In this document: positions 14,600 through 27,700 of the stretch, in pieces
How the letters are laid out: each line of letters starts with the position of its first letter
Position numbering within the stretch: the first letter of the stretch is position 1
Source: Haliotis cracherodii
Taxonomy: Eukaryota
Assembly (NCBI RefSeq): GCF_022045235.1
Contig: NW_027266341.1
Coordinates: forward strand, 26,350,001-26,414,000
Length of the DNA stretch: 64,000 nucleotides
Direction: 5' to 3'
Notes under the pieces: generated by a model
What the model saw: only the letters and a program-made list of their open reading frames with translations
The model's database searches: none
Told to the model about the DNA's origin: nothing
Translations under genes and position numbers: made by a program

Positions 14600-15465
14600 C
14601 TGAGATGGTCAAAACGTTCCATAAATTTTGAAAGTGTTTTTAAGTTTATTTTTCAACATAATCTTCCTCCTTTTCAATAAACTTCTCATTTCGAGAGTGA
14701 AGCTTTTCAATTCCAGTTTTCACGGAATACCCGTTTGCGTCCGCGTTGAGGTCATCGTTGTTGTAATAGCGCTTTCCACGAAGGTGTTCTTTCAGTTTTG
14801 GAAACAGGTGGAAATCACGTGATGTCAGGTCTAGCGAGAATGGGATGGGGGGGGGGGGGGGGGGGGGGGGGGCGGTTAGGGTTGAGAAAGCTCTTCGAGC
14901 CCACATTGTCGCACGGCAGCAAGTCGAGCGTTGTGGGAAGCATTGTCATGAACGAGTAGAACTCCAGCAGTCAGCAACCATCGCCGCTTTTGTTTGATAG
15001 AATCTCTCGAAGAAAATGAGCACAGTAGGCACTGATAATCATCTTTTGACTTTCTGAGTAATCAACACGGATCACACCATTTGCATTCAAGAATACAGTG
15101 GCCATACCTTTCCCCACTGATCTTGAAACTTTGTCTTAAACCTAGCCGCCCAACGGCTAACATTGAAAAAGCTAGGGCACTTACTTACACATACACTTAT
15201 GACATGCGGTCGTGGATTTCTTGGGAAGTACTTTTCTCTGATGTCACAAACTCGGTAACAGCTCGGAACTCGTTCTTTTCTATGTCTGTGTCCATTTGGA
15301 CCCCTATCACGTTCAACTGGCTGTCACTAATATGCAAACGGCCTCAACAAACCAAACACAGTATAAATGAACCACTCAAGCAATGTACTACATTGACTAG
15401 TTCATTTTGCTATGGCCCAAAGTTGAAAATTAGTCAGGCTTAGAACGTTTTGACCAGCCCTCTTA
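14600..15465 (-). mobile_element. Internally deleted mariner transposon relic
   Basis: ORF 14646-14906 gives DFHLFPKLKEHLRGKR..GIEKL..DYVEK (mariner C-terminus); HDNA codons at ~14940-14952; inverted ends tggtcaaaacgttc / gaacgttttgacca. Confidence 0.85.
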
Positions 15466-17416
15466 TTTGTCCTAGTTATTTCAAATGGGAATTGATGGCA
15501 TAAATATCAGTAAGCAAGTGTAACATAGGTACTTGTGCAGGTTATATACCTTGCTAGGCCCTGGAGAGAACTCTGTTCTAAAACGTGACATTCCTCTCGC
15601 ACACTCACATACAGTCAAGTCCCGTTAATCCGACATCGATGGTTGCATATGATTATGTCGGATTAACGAATATGTCGGATAAACGAAATTAAGTAGTATC
15701 AACGTTCGTGATCGAAAATCGGACAACTACACGATAGATATAAGGATTCAAACACGTAATAAAAAATATGAAATATATATTCATATTGTTATGTTACATT
15801 GTTGGTGGAATATGTTTTCTAATCATGCAACCTCTAAAGTTTAACACAAAAGAACTGTTACTGACTGTATAACTTATTCAAAATAAACAGCATAGTCTGG
15901 AATGGAAGTCTCAACTTTGAAACTGGTACCTAAAGCTTAAGAAAGCTGCTTTCTAAGCTGCTTTACGGCGGCCTAGAAATAATAGACACATAAGGGAATG
16001 GGGTTATGGACGGTCTTTACCGTCTGTGTAAGATGGAACGCAGTCAACTAAGTCCCCATGCCTGACAACCCGATCAACCCAAAAAAAATCGGGATAGAAT
16101 AGGTCTTCAGCAACACATGCTTGCCGTAAAAGGCGACCATGCTTGTCATAAGAGGCGACTAAGCGGATCGGGTGGTCAGGCTCGCTGACTTGGTTGGTGC
16201 ATGTCATCGAACCCAATTGCGTGGATCGATGTTCATGCTGTCAATCACTGGACTTTCTGGTCCAGCCTCGATTATTTACAGACCGCCGTCATAAAGACGG
16301 AATATTGCTGAATGCGGTGTTAAACAACAAACAAACCAAACCAAACCACCCTATCATTTAAGTCGCCTCATCCGAAAAGCATAGATTGCTGGGGACCTAT
16401 TCTACTTTGGAACCACCATGTGCTCCGTTGGTAGCAATAGTCAATAAATGTATACATAATATGTAAAGCTTATGTTAAGCTTATAAACAGAGATGAACTC
16501 TTACTGGCCTTACTGGCTTATTGAACAGTTTAACAAAGTGAAGCCCGAAATAGGGCTGCTGCAATACGAGTTTTTACACTAATTCATATCCTACCAGACC
16601 CGTGAAGATTCCGGGTAAGAATAGGTCTTCAGCAACCCCTACTTCCCGTAACTATGCTTGTCGTAAAAGGCGACTAACGGGATCGGTTGTTCAGGCTCGC
16701 TGACTTGGTTGATGCATGTCATCAATCCCAAATGCGTTGATCGATGCTCATGATATTAATCACAGTATTGTCTGGTTCAGACTCAGCAATTTCACAGCAA
16801 TTCGACTCTTTACGCCAATCTGTTTCGTGGGTGTTTTTTTCGCATTGACATGTTATATTTATACTTGCCAGTGTCCTCTGAAGAACCGGGGTAGAAAAGG
16901 TCTTCAGCAAACCATGCTTGCCGTAAAAGGCGACTATGCTTGTCGTAAGAGACGAATAACGGGATCGGGTGGTCAGGCTTGCTGACGTGGTTGATGCATG
17001 CATGTAATCGATCCCAATTGCGTGGATCGATGCGCATGATGTCAATCACTGGATTGTCTGGTCCAGACTCAATTATTTACAGACCGCCTTCATATAGCTG
17101 GAATATTGCCGAGTGCGGCGTAAAACAACAAACCAACAACCAAAACATTTACCATGTTCCACTGAACAATAATTACATAATGGATGGCTTGTATGCAGCA
17201 CTATGTTTACTCTAGCATCAAACCAACCAACCATATCCTACCAGGTGTCCAAACCATCGATCTTTCTGCTGGTGGACTGAAGTCCCCAACTTCCATCAAA
17301 AGCTGAGCGGCAACTGCAAAGAAAACTGCCTCCTCCCCTATCCCCAACTGTGTTGGAAAACGAACATATTTATCAAACGTTTTTTGAGTGGCGGATTCTA
17401 CCAGTGGGGAAGGACA

Positions 17417-17489
17417 TACAGTAAACTACGGTTATAACGAACTCAAAGGGACTACTAATTTAAGTTCGTTTTAACCGTAGTCTACTGTA
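17417..17489. mobile_element. 73-bp mini-MITE (pogo/Tc1-like TA-CAGT ends)
   Basis: tacagtaaactacggttataacgaact / agttcgttttaaccgtagtctactgta. Confidence 0.75.
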
Positions 17490-20400
17490 CTTCGAACAAC
17501 TGATTTTCAGTGATCCACTTGTATACTTTTCAAACCTATGTTACACCTAAAGGAATATATTTCGACAGGCAATCGTTTTATTACCCAGATGTTTGACAGT
17601 CAACGACTAGATTATTTATAAGCTAGTTTGGTTAGCTTGAAACTTGCTGACTGCAAATGAGACAAATAGAACAAATACTACCTTTTACGCCACTGGTTAA
17701 CGAGCTTAGTTATTGCTATTAATCGTGCGGGATTACATGTTCGGGGCGCTATTCAAAATTTGTGATCAGATTTCATTCATCTATGTCCCGTTCCTGCAAG
17801 TTAGACACGCGTTTGATATGTAAATTAAGAGCGCATATCAGTTTAATAAACCGCCTCCGTTGTCATGTGGATAGAGCGTCTACCCGGAGAACGGAAGGGC
17901 CATGGCCCGATTGCCTGGCCGCGTCTTAACACAAGACAGTAAAAAATTATCCTTGTAAACAGACCAACAACCGAGAAATGTTTAATATGTGGTATGAACA
18001 CTGGCGTTTGTTTGACGCTGTTTAACTCATCCCAAAAATAGCGCATTACCAAAGAGGATAAATTGTACAAATATAGTATTATACAAGCCAAACATCAGGT
18101 GATACATGTGTTACTTTATACCTAATATAAGACACCAATAGGTATTCCGTGTCAGAATGCACGTGGAGGGGGACAGGGTGGTCAAGGGAAGGAGGAAGGG
18201 GCTGGCATTTTATAAGATGTTTTTTTCAGCTGCAACTTCAAAACCAGATATTATTTATTTAAGACTATGTGCCAAACAGACATTATGTGACCTGCATTGG
18301 ACCTCAACTTTTAACTTAAATATCAGGTTTGCGCTTTGCGTCCACCTTGAATTTCTTCTGTGACGGGTATGCCCGAATATGCCCGTAACCCTATTTAGGC
18401 TCTGTCCCTCGGAATGTGATTGCATTTCTTACGGATTATGTCTCAGGCCAGACCGCAAACAATCAGCAATCCGCAATATTACAGCTATATGACGGCAATC
18501 TGTAAATAATAGAGTCTGGACCAGACAATTCAGTGATTGGCATCATGAGCATCGATCCACGCAATTGGGATCGAAGACATGCAACAACCGAGTCAGCGAG
18601 CCTGACCACCCGATCCGGTTAGTCGCCTCTTACGACAAGCATAGTTGCCTCTTACGCGAGCATGTGTTGCTGAAGACCTATTCTACCCCGAATCTTCACG
18701 GGTCATTCATCGTATCCCGATTTTTTGCTCATGCTCTCAAACACTGACCGTACGAAAAAAATATTTTACAAAACAGTTATGCGGCGTATATCAAAATTCA
18801 TAGACCAATTGTTTCGTGGAAAATACAATATTGACAGACTTTGTCGAGAAGTCGAGAGGCAAGGCAGACTATTGCATATTTTCCATGTCATAAAGATGTC
18901 AGAAAATATGGTGAATTGTTTCGTGTACAATATCAGTGGCCAAGGGCGGGTCAGTCATCTCAAGCACAAGTTGCTTCCCTTTGTTGTGGCATTATCCGAT
19001 GATAATGGGTTCGAATTTCATATCTTCCGTCATCTGTCAGCACCATACTGTCTAGCGGGTTTCACCAAAGTATCAAACATCTAGGACCGTCTTTCGCTGA
19101 ATATAATCGCCGAGATGTATTGGAGAACGGTCCATGAACGTTCCATAAGTGATATCCAATTAAGAACTGAACGTCAGTTTGGATGGGTTCATTGAAGTGT
19201 GAACGATTTAAAAGCGCTGGTTAAACTGTGTGAACCTCCGAGCTTGTCAGACTGTAACGAACCGGAAGAAGGGAGAAGGTGGCTGTTTCAAATTACATGG
19301 TCAGTTACCGCCAGATTCAAACATTACTTTCCTGATTACGGTAAAACACAGTTGGAAAAATGCTAGTTAGAAATGAATCCCAAAGACATGAAAGTTGAAC
19401 CGGGGCGAGCAGAAAAAAATAAACAGGCGAGCGAGCCTGCACGTTTGCCTTTTCATTCATTCTCGGCCTTCGGTTTCAAAGGTTTGTTTGGACAATGAAT
19501 ATGCATGAAAGTCGCTAAATGTCCTGTGCATGACGATACACGTGAGTAAAAGGAATTCCCTCGACCGTAATATTGGGGTTCCCCGACATTCCGAGGTAAT
19601 AAAAGTAGTACGCCTCGCTGGGCGTGGCTTAAATGTTTACATTCATTGAGAAATGAATGCAATAACACGTGACCAATTCAGCTAATCAGAATACGGGAAC
19701 TTCAATGAACAAAACGAAAATTTAATTTTTTACTGGTGTTGAAAATGACGATTATGGATCAGTTATGGAAAACACCCCCGACGCGTGAATCCTCTCGTGG
19801 CTCTATCAAACTGGGAATATCACCGATTTATGAATGTGTTGCTTGTGTTTGGATAATCGCAAACCAATTCGGACGATGCGGAATGGACTGGTTGGGACCG
19901 AGTGCTCTGAAACTTGTGTGTTTTGTGTTAATTGTCAACGTCAGGGTGTGTTATATTTGAAGTTTGGGATTGTCGCGTGTGCTGTAACACTTTGCTAAGC
20001 TGGTGTTTCTTGTCACCTGAGATGGACCTACTGTATAACCTGATGCCAGCTTCATTACTGGGTAGGGTGGGGGGGAATTTAAGTTTCTTTCCTTACCTTT
20101 TTATGTTTTATGGTGTCTCAAAATCTTATTTTTTTCCCGATACGATAGTAGATTTGGGACTAATCAGGAACACTCGCGTTTGTTCTGTGTCAACGGCCAC
20201 ATTAGAGCAGAGAACGACATTGTTTTCATTGATGCTAGATTCCTGTCATTTCCGATAACAAGGCATCAAAATCAATATCGCTTAATAAATCAATTTCGTT
20301 CACCTCAGTAATTTTACAGAAATAATTTTCTTCGCTTGCGTTATTAGTATTGAAAGATAGCCATTCTATATCCAAACCACTGCAAGGACAATCCATTTTG

Positions 20401-21738
20401 TTTCATGTGGCAGCTACATCAGTCACCAGAACCAAAGCATTTGTTATTTATTTATAAGTAAGATGAAATGTTACAAGACCAGGGAAAAACACTAACTTAA
20501 TTATGTTGCTGATGAATGCAGGTATTAAAAAGAAAATAGAAAAACGAGTTGATCGTTAACACCGATCGAGAATTCGGGAAAACCCCGGAAAGTAGTTCCG
20601 GCAAAAGTACACACGATCAATTTCACAAAAAATTGTTCACATCGTTTGAACCCTTTTTGTCCGTTCGCAGGTGTGTGAACTCCAAATATCAGATCACGTG
20701 ATACCCCTTCAGCCAATCGGCATGAATGAAACAGTGTAAACTTAAAAGTATGAAATTATTAGTTTGTGGTTTTGTGGAATAATAATTTAAACCCGTTGTA
20801 ATATGTGTGAACATATTCAAGTATTGACTGGAACTTTCTTTTTGAAACCCGTGAAGGTCCGGGTTAGAAGCGGTCTTAAGCATACAATAGTTTTGTAGTA
20901 AGAGGCGACAAATTCGTCAATGACAATCACTGGACTGTCTTGTGCAGACTCGATTATTTACAGATGCAGATGGAATACTGCTAAAAGCGGCGTTAAACAA
21001 ACAAAAATAACAAAACTTTGTTTGTGAATAATATACATTCAATATCCCCCATCACGTGCGAGGATTTATTTGTTTTCTCTTCGACAGATGTCATTCAGAA
21101 ATTTAACAATTTATCATTTTTTCTTATCAGTGAGTGAGTACGGTTTTACGGCGCTTTTAGCAATATTCCAGCAATATCACGGCGGGGGACACCAGAAATG
21201 GGCTTCACACATTGTACCCATGTCGGGAATCGAACCCGGGTCTTCGGCGTGACGACCTTAGGGTTTAACCACTAGGCTACCCGACCGCCCCTTTTCTTAT
21301 CAAGTATGTCTTAGTATCCCATGTCTGTTACGTGTAGAACGTCGTTACAACATACAATAACTATGAACCGACATATGTTATCTATCCTAGGTAGCATTAA
21401 GATTAACACGGCTGTGTCAGTGATTGACGTCTTCAACATCCCACGTCGTAGTACTGCTGGTACTGCTGGTATGTATCTCCTTGTTATCTGAAGTAAAACA
21501 TAGCGAGTCTGTTGATGGGGGTACTGCCGGGAGGAACGTGTTCAGCGTCCCTGCATCTCTTGTTTGGTACATGTGGTTGCTCTCCTACTTGTCTATTGTA
21601 CAGCGTAAAAAATAGCTAAGCTTATCTACAATCTCAGCCCGTGTCGCCTCTCATATATCATATGTTTTCCCGCCGGGCGTACTTTTCGTGGAGGCCTACC
21701 CTCTGTCTGATTTTGCGGTTCGGTTATAGCTCTGCAAC

Positions 21739-24700
21739 ATGATGTGGTGTATGCAAGTGTTGCTGCTCATGTCCGCTGTCTCAATGGGGTCGGCGGAGGT
21801 TTTCTCTGATGACCAGGCGAGTAAGGTGGGAATGTTTGTGGAAGAGGTCATGCGGTGTAGACAGGTCCCCGGGCTGACCTTGGCTGTTGTGAAGGGGGGT
21901 GAGACGTGGACACGGGGGTTCGGACAGGCGGACATAGAACAAGGAGTTAACGTCACCAAGGATACTTTGTTTGGAATTGGATCTGTGACCAAGGCTTTCA
22001 CGAGTACCCTCCTGGCCATGATGTTGGATGAAAGTAATGGAAGGTATGTCAGACATAAATACACATAAAGGATACATTTTACCGATTCTTCAACTAGCGA
22101 CAGGACTCTGTGACACTATTTCTAGATGATCGAATATATAGGCACGAATACAATAACCTCCTGCCTGGAAATAGGTTAGTAAGTTTGGAATTGCGGATTG
22201 TGGAAATCCTCGTAGATCAAAGCTAGGGTGTTCTGTGAATGAACAAATGTCTGCTAGTTAGACGTCTACTAAGAGTGAGTGATTGTAGACATTCATTTAT
22301 ATCACACTAAACCTATATCAAAAGCTATGTGGTGCGATGTTACGTCGCGTGGTTTTGAATCCTAGATTCGCTTCTGGTTAGTCAACACCAGATACCTGCT
22401 CTCGTGGGTCTAAAACTTACGCGTTTGACCTATGTCAGTTGGGGCTTCCTTTCCTACCACTGACACGCCTCGACACGTCGACTGGTTTAAATTTATTAGA
22501 CAATTCGGTTGGTTAATCCGTAACGCGTGACGAAATCATTTGACGACACTGACCTTGAATATTGGCTCGTCACATGATCAGTATTGACCTGTCACGTGAT
22601 GAATCCTCACTCGTCTGTTAGGAAACAAGATTGCGTCTGATACTAACTTTTTACAGTTCGCAGCTATGTTACTGTAATGAAACAGAGGTCGGTTTAAAGG
22701 CTTCATAAACTTTAAAGTGAATTTCGGTAAGACAAAAGGAATACTTACTCTTGACAAAATCAGTATGCGAAAAAAAGGACCCGAGGACCCTACCCTGAAG
22801 AGATCCGGTCAGACCGCCGAAGAGGTCGGGTCCTCGGGTCCTTGTTTTCACATATTGATCTTGTCAAGAGTAATCATTTGTATATAATTGTCCAAAAGTG
22901 GATTTAAAACCAGGTCACTCTCTCAAAGGTGTTTATTTCCTCCACATCACATTTACCATGTAACCCGTGAAGATTCCGGGGTAGAAAAGGTCTTCAGCAA
23001 ACCATGCTTGCCGTAAAAGGTGACTATGCTTGTCGTAAGAGGCGAATAACTGGATCGGGTGGTCAGGCTTGCTGACTTGATTGATGCATGTAATCGATCC
23101 CAATTGCGTGGATCGATGCTCATGATGTCAATCACTGGATTGTCTGGTCCAGACTCAATTATTTACAGACCGCCGTCATATAGCTGGAATATTGCTGAGT
23201 GCGGCGTTAAACAACAAACCAACAGCCAAAACATTTAACATGTTCCACTGAACAAGAATTACGTAATGGATGGCTTGTATGCAGCACTATGTTTACTCTA
23301 GCATCATCAACACAGCAGTGATAAAGCCATCACTTCATCCGATACTAGAGTGAGTGGGCATTTAACGCCCTACAGGAAATATTTTAGGCATATAACGACC
23401 TGTGCCATTTAAAATTTAATTGAAAACTTTTAGTTTAGCTTTATAGTATGATAGCGTACCTTGTGCTCTACAGAGCTACTAGAATTTGTCAAGTTGCATT
23501 CACTTCCGGATATTCAAATCAAATTGCTTTTGTTATAAGTTCAATGCGTGATTGAGTATTCTGTAATAACAAAAAACAAATAATTGTATGTAACATCTGA
23601 CTCCACTGAGTCCCAAAATTAAATTAAATGTTGATGAACAACGAACTTTACCATTAATTTTCTCGAATAAAGATTCAAAACTATTTTACAATTTATGTAC
23701 AGGTATATTTCAGAATCGCCCCCAATGCTTTGTGCTTTTATCTGTACAGTCACATGTTCATGTTATTTCAGTCCTGTACGTATTGCCCCTCACGTATGAA
23801 AATGTACATTGCTTTGGGTCTCTGCAGTGAGGAATAGTCGAAATGTGGTAAGTATGAGTGAGTATATGTAGTTTCCCTTGTATATTGTTGTTGCTATTCG
23901 TGTATATTACTGTTACAGTTTAACTTGGACGTCAAAGGTGAAGGACGTGTTGGGTCCAGACTTTGCATTTGTGGACGAGGAGAGAACAAGGGAGACTACT
24001 CTGAGGGATCTTTTGACCCACCGCACAGGGCTACATCCATCGGTCTTGCCCCTGTTTGCTGGATTGGACCACAACTTGACGAGAACTGATTTTGCCAAGT
24101 GAATATATATTATGATTTTACACGCCAGAGTATTTAGTTTTGAGGGTTTCCTGCACTGTCATCTAGGTCGCCACAATTCGGCGGCAGAGTTGTCTACCGT
24201 CAGGACACCTGGTTTAATCACTGATTTTCAGTAATCAATTCATAAAACAAATTCACAGCAATTCGACTTTTTGCGCCAATCTGTTTCGGCAAGTATTCAA
24301 GACTGGTGGTTTTTTTGCATTGACATGTCATATTTACACTTGCCAGTGTCCTCTGAAGAACCGGGGTAGAAAAGGTCTTCAGCAACCCCTGCTTGCCGTA
24401 AAAGGCGACTATGCTTGTCGTAAGAGGCGAATAACAGGATCGGGTGGTCAGGCTTGCTGACTTGGTTGATGCATGTAATCGATCCTAATTGCGTGGATCG
24501 ATGCTCATGATGTCAATCACTGGATTGTATGGTCCAGACTCGATTCTTTACAGACCGCCGTCATATAGCTGGAATATTGCTGAGTGCGGCGTTAAACAAC
24601 AAACCAACCACCCAACTGTGTCCTCTGAACGTTTTTTCGAATCAAATATTCGTCCCGACCAGGATGCTTGATTTATCAGTGCCATACTCGTGCTTGTGGG

Positions 24701-27700
24701 TTTCACAACCTTGTGTCACTTTGGACTTTCTTCCCACACCCCACAGCCAAGTCAACGAGCCTGACAAACCGGTCAGTTTAGTCAGAAACAAGTATACGTG
24801 TTGAATGCTGTCCCGGAATTCGCACGGGGTTAAACCAGTATACTACACACGAGTAGAAGGATTCCCGTTATATTTACTTGGGGTAATGTGAGGGATATGC
24901 AAAATGATTGTTGGTGAATGTTTCCACAACATGCAAAATAGCGGTGAACATTACAAGAATTGATCACTGAAACGCAGTGGTGACACCAGGTGTTCGCGAC
25001 AATCATGTTCTTGGCCTACTTGCACAAAGCGATCTTAGCGCTACGACTATTGTAAGCCTATGTTAAAGCATGGGAGTTACGATCATTTTATCAGTAAGAT
25101 CGCCTTGTGCAAGTGGGTCCTGAACTCCCGGTAATAATGTACTACTCTTGGCAAGGTCATGCTGAATATGCGTACAAAGGATTTCGGAAGTGGTCTGTCC
25201 GACCCAAGGCCGCAGTCATCGTGTACTTGTTAACGCATTATGATTTTGCCAAGCGTATATTAACATTATTATGATATCAAATACCCATAATTACAACCCC
25301 ACACTGTAACACAGCGACAAATGAACAACTGTTGTTTAAGCTATTACTGTTCTTTTACGCAGGCGTTTCCGCTTTCTTCCGGAAGTTAAACCATTCCGTG
25401 ACGCCTACGAGTACAATAACTGGGTGTACGAGCTGCTCGGCCATATTGTGGAAGTGTTGTCGGGGGAATCCTACGAAGCAACTCTGGAGAAACGAATCTT
25501 CAAGCCACTGGGGATGAACCAGTCACGTGTCCTGGGAAAGACGATCACCGTAAATGAACCAGCTATGGCCAAACCCTACTTTGACGTGGAGAACGAGCTC
25601 ATATTAACGGATCCCTCCATTTACGAGTGAGATAAAACATCACTTTTGCTTGATAACTAATTTTCACAATTGAAAAACATACCACTTGTTTTCAGCTTTT
25701 GCAAATTGTTAAGATTGTCAGGTGGTAGGTTATTCATATATGTACGTTTGCTGTTTATCACATTGAGATCAGCCAGTTATCAAAAACATCAATGAAACTT
25801 ATACTATATGTCCTAATTACTATTGTAAGCAATGATTCATAATTATTGATAACTGCGAAGTAACTGCGGTATAGTGAGGGAGTGAATGTTGTATTAAGCC
25901 CCATTCTTCACCATTCCAACTATTTCTAGCGGACCTGTACATAATCGAATAATCTAGGCGAAACAATTCAGTGATTGATAGCATGAACAACAATCCGCAT
26001 TATTATCCTCTTACCACAACAATAGAGAAAGGTTCAGGCGATGGGAATATTGAGAATAAGTAACATTTTGTATCTGCTGATCTTGATTCTACGCAGCATA
26101 CATCCAGGAGAGGCCGCAGGTGCTATTGCGTCTTCAGCAGAGGACATGGCTAAATGGATGCACTTCCTGTTGAGGCAAGGGGTGACAGCGGACAACGTCA
26201 CACTGGTCAACTCCAAAACATTTGCGGAGGTCTTTAAATCTCACGAGAGTATTCCTACCAGTCAATCCTTGTCGAAGCCAAAGTATCCCGTGGTGAACTT
26301 GCAGTATGGCTATGGCTATGCATGGTTCATATCGACATATAAAGGTAAGACACAATCCAAAATGGCATGCATAAAAAAGGGATTTACGCAGCAATGAGCA
26401 ATATTCAAGTCATAAAACTGCGAGAGACATAAAACTGGCTGTTGCATTCACAACAGGAAGCACAAATGGGTGTTTCGTGTGGCTACCACATTTTCTTTGA
26501 TAAAATTTAATAATTTCATATAATATAATGAAAATGACAACCATATAAAAATCAGATCTGAGTTCTCAGCTAATCAAATATCCGAGGTCATGCCATTGCA
26601 AGTCACGTTAGAACGAACAATGATCGACCAAAATCACCAAATAGAAGGCAGTTTTCTCGCTTTGGACATATTTTTACTTCAGTTTTGAAAAAGAAGGTCG
26701 AGGTTGTATGGCAGTACCTCTCACGGTCTATAGAAAGTCTCTTCCGTTTCAAATGTTTATGCCATTAAGGCGGGCTATGATTTTGATGGAATCAGTCAAA
26801 GTGTCCGTAATTGTTGTTCGGAACGCTCCGTGTTAGGTTTTTCGAAGTTTGGAAGACTTATATTCCGACTGTCACTTTCTAAATCTGGTAAGCAGCCATC
26901 TGATTGGTCGTATGAGAGCTTGGGCTGACGTGAACCGTGATGAGGTGAGGTGAAAAGGGGCCTAACGCCGCGTCCAAGATTATTGCACTTATATAGCGAC
27001 GTGCTTGTACGTGTGTGTGTTTGTATGGCTGCTGATACTATTCCGGACTGATGCCGATTTATAGTGCTAGCTCACTGAGATACCATGCCGCAGTTTAACA
27101 TGAATACCCCACTCAGACACAGTATACTGACTCCGAGCCGACCAGTCCTTGTTTTAGCCCCTTACTGCCAATCGCCAGACAGGATAAGAACAAGTACCAT
27201 CTTTTAACCTCTTTTGGTATGACGCGGTCGGGGATCGAACCCCGGACCTTCCGCTCACCGGGCGGACGCTCTACCACTAGATCACGGTGGCAGTCTGAAC
27301 CGTGATGAGGATGCCCCCATATCTTTTGATAAAGAAGAGAGAATGGAAATGGTGCTTTTACGAACTTTTTAGTGTACATGTTACAGTTCATGCCACGTAA
27401 GGTCTTTGGTTTAAGTTAGGATAAATACACTGGTGAACAAACACACGCTATACCAAAATACAAACTAATTAGAATCTGGATTCGAAGACGAAATGATGTT
27501 CTCAAATCATGAACACCAATCTTAAAAATGCGTGAAAGACGTGTACATGTGAAACTGTAAACTCTTGATTTAGTTCACTGAAGTAAACCTTAGCCAGACA
27601 CTTTGGTTGCACTCGTGCAACACTCACGTGGTTGTCAGTTGAGAGACTGGGGACAGGCACGTGACACATCAGATATTATTGGTGCATATTATTGTATCCC

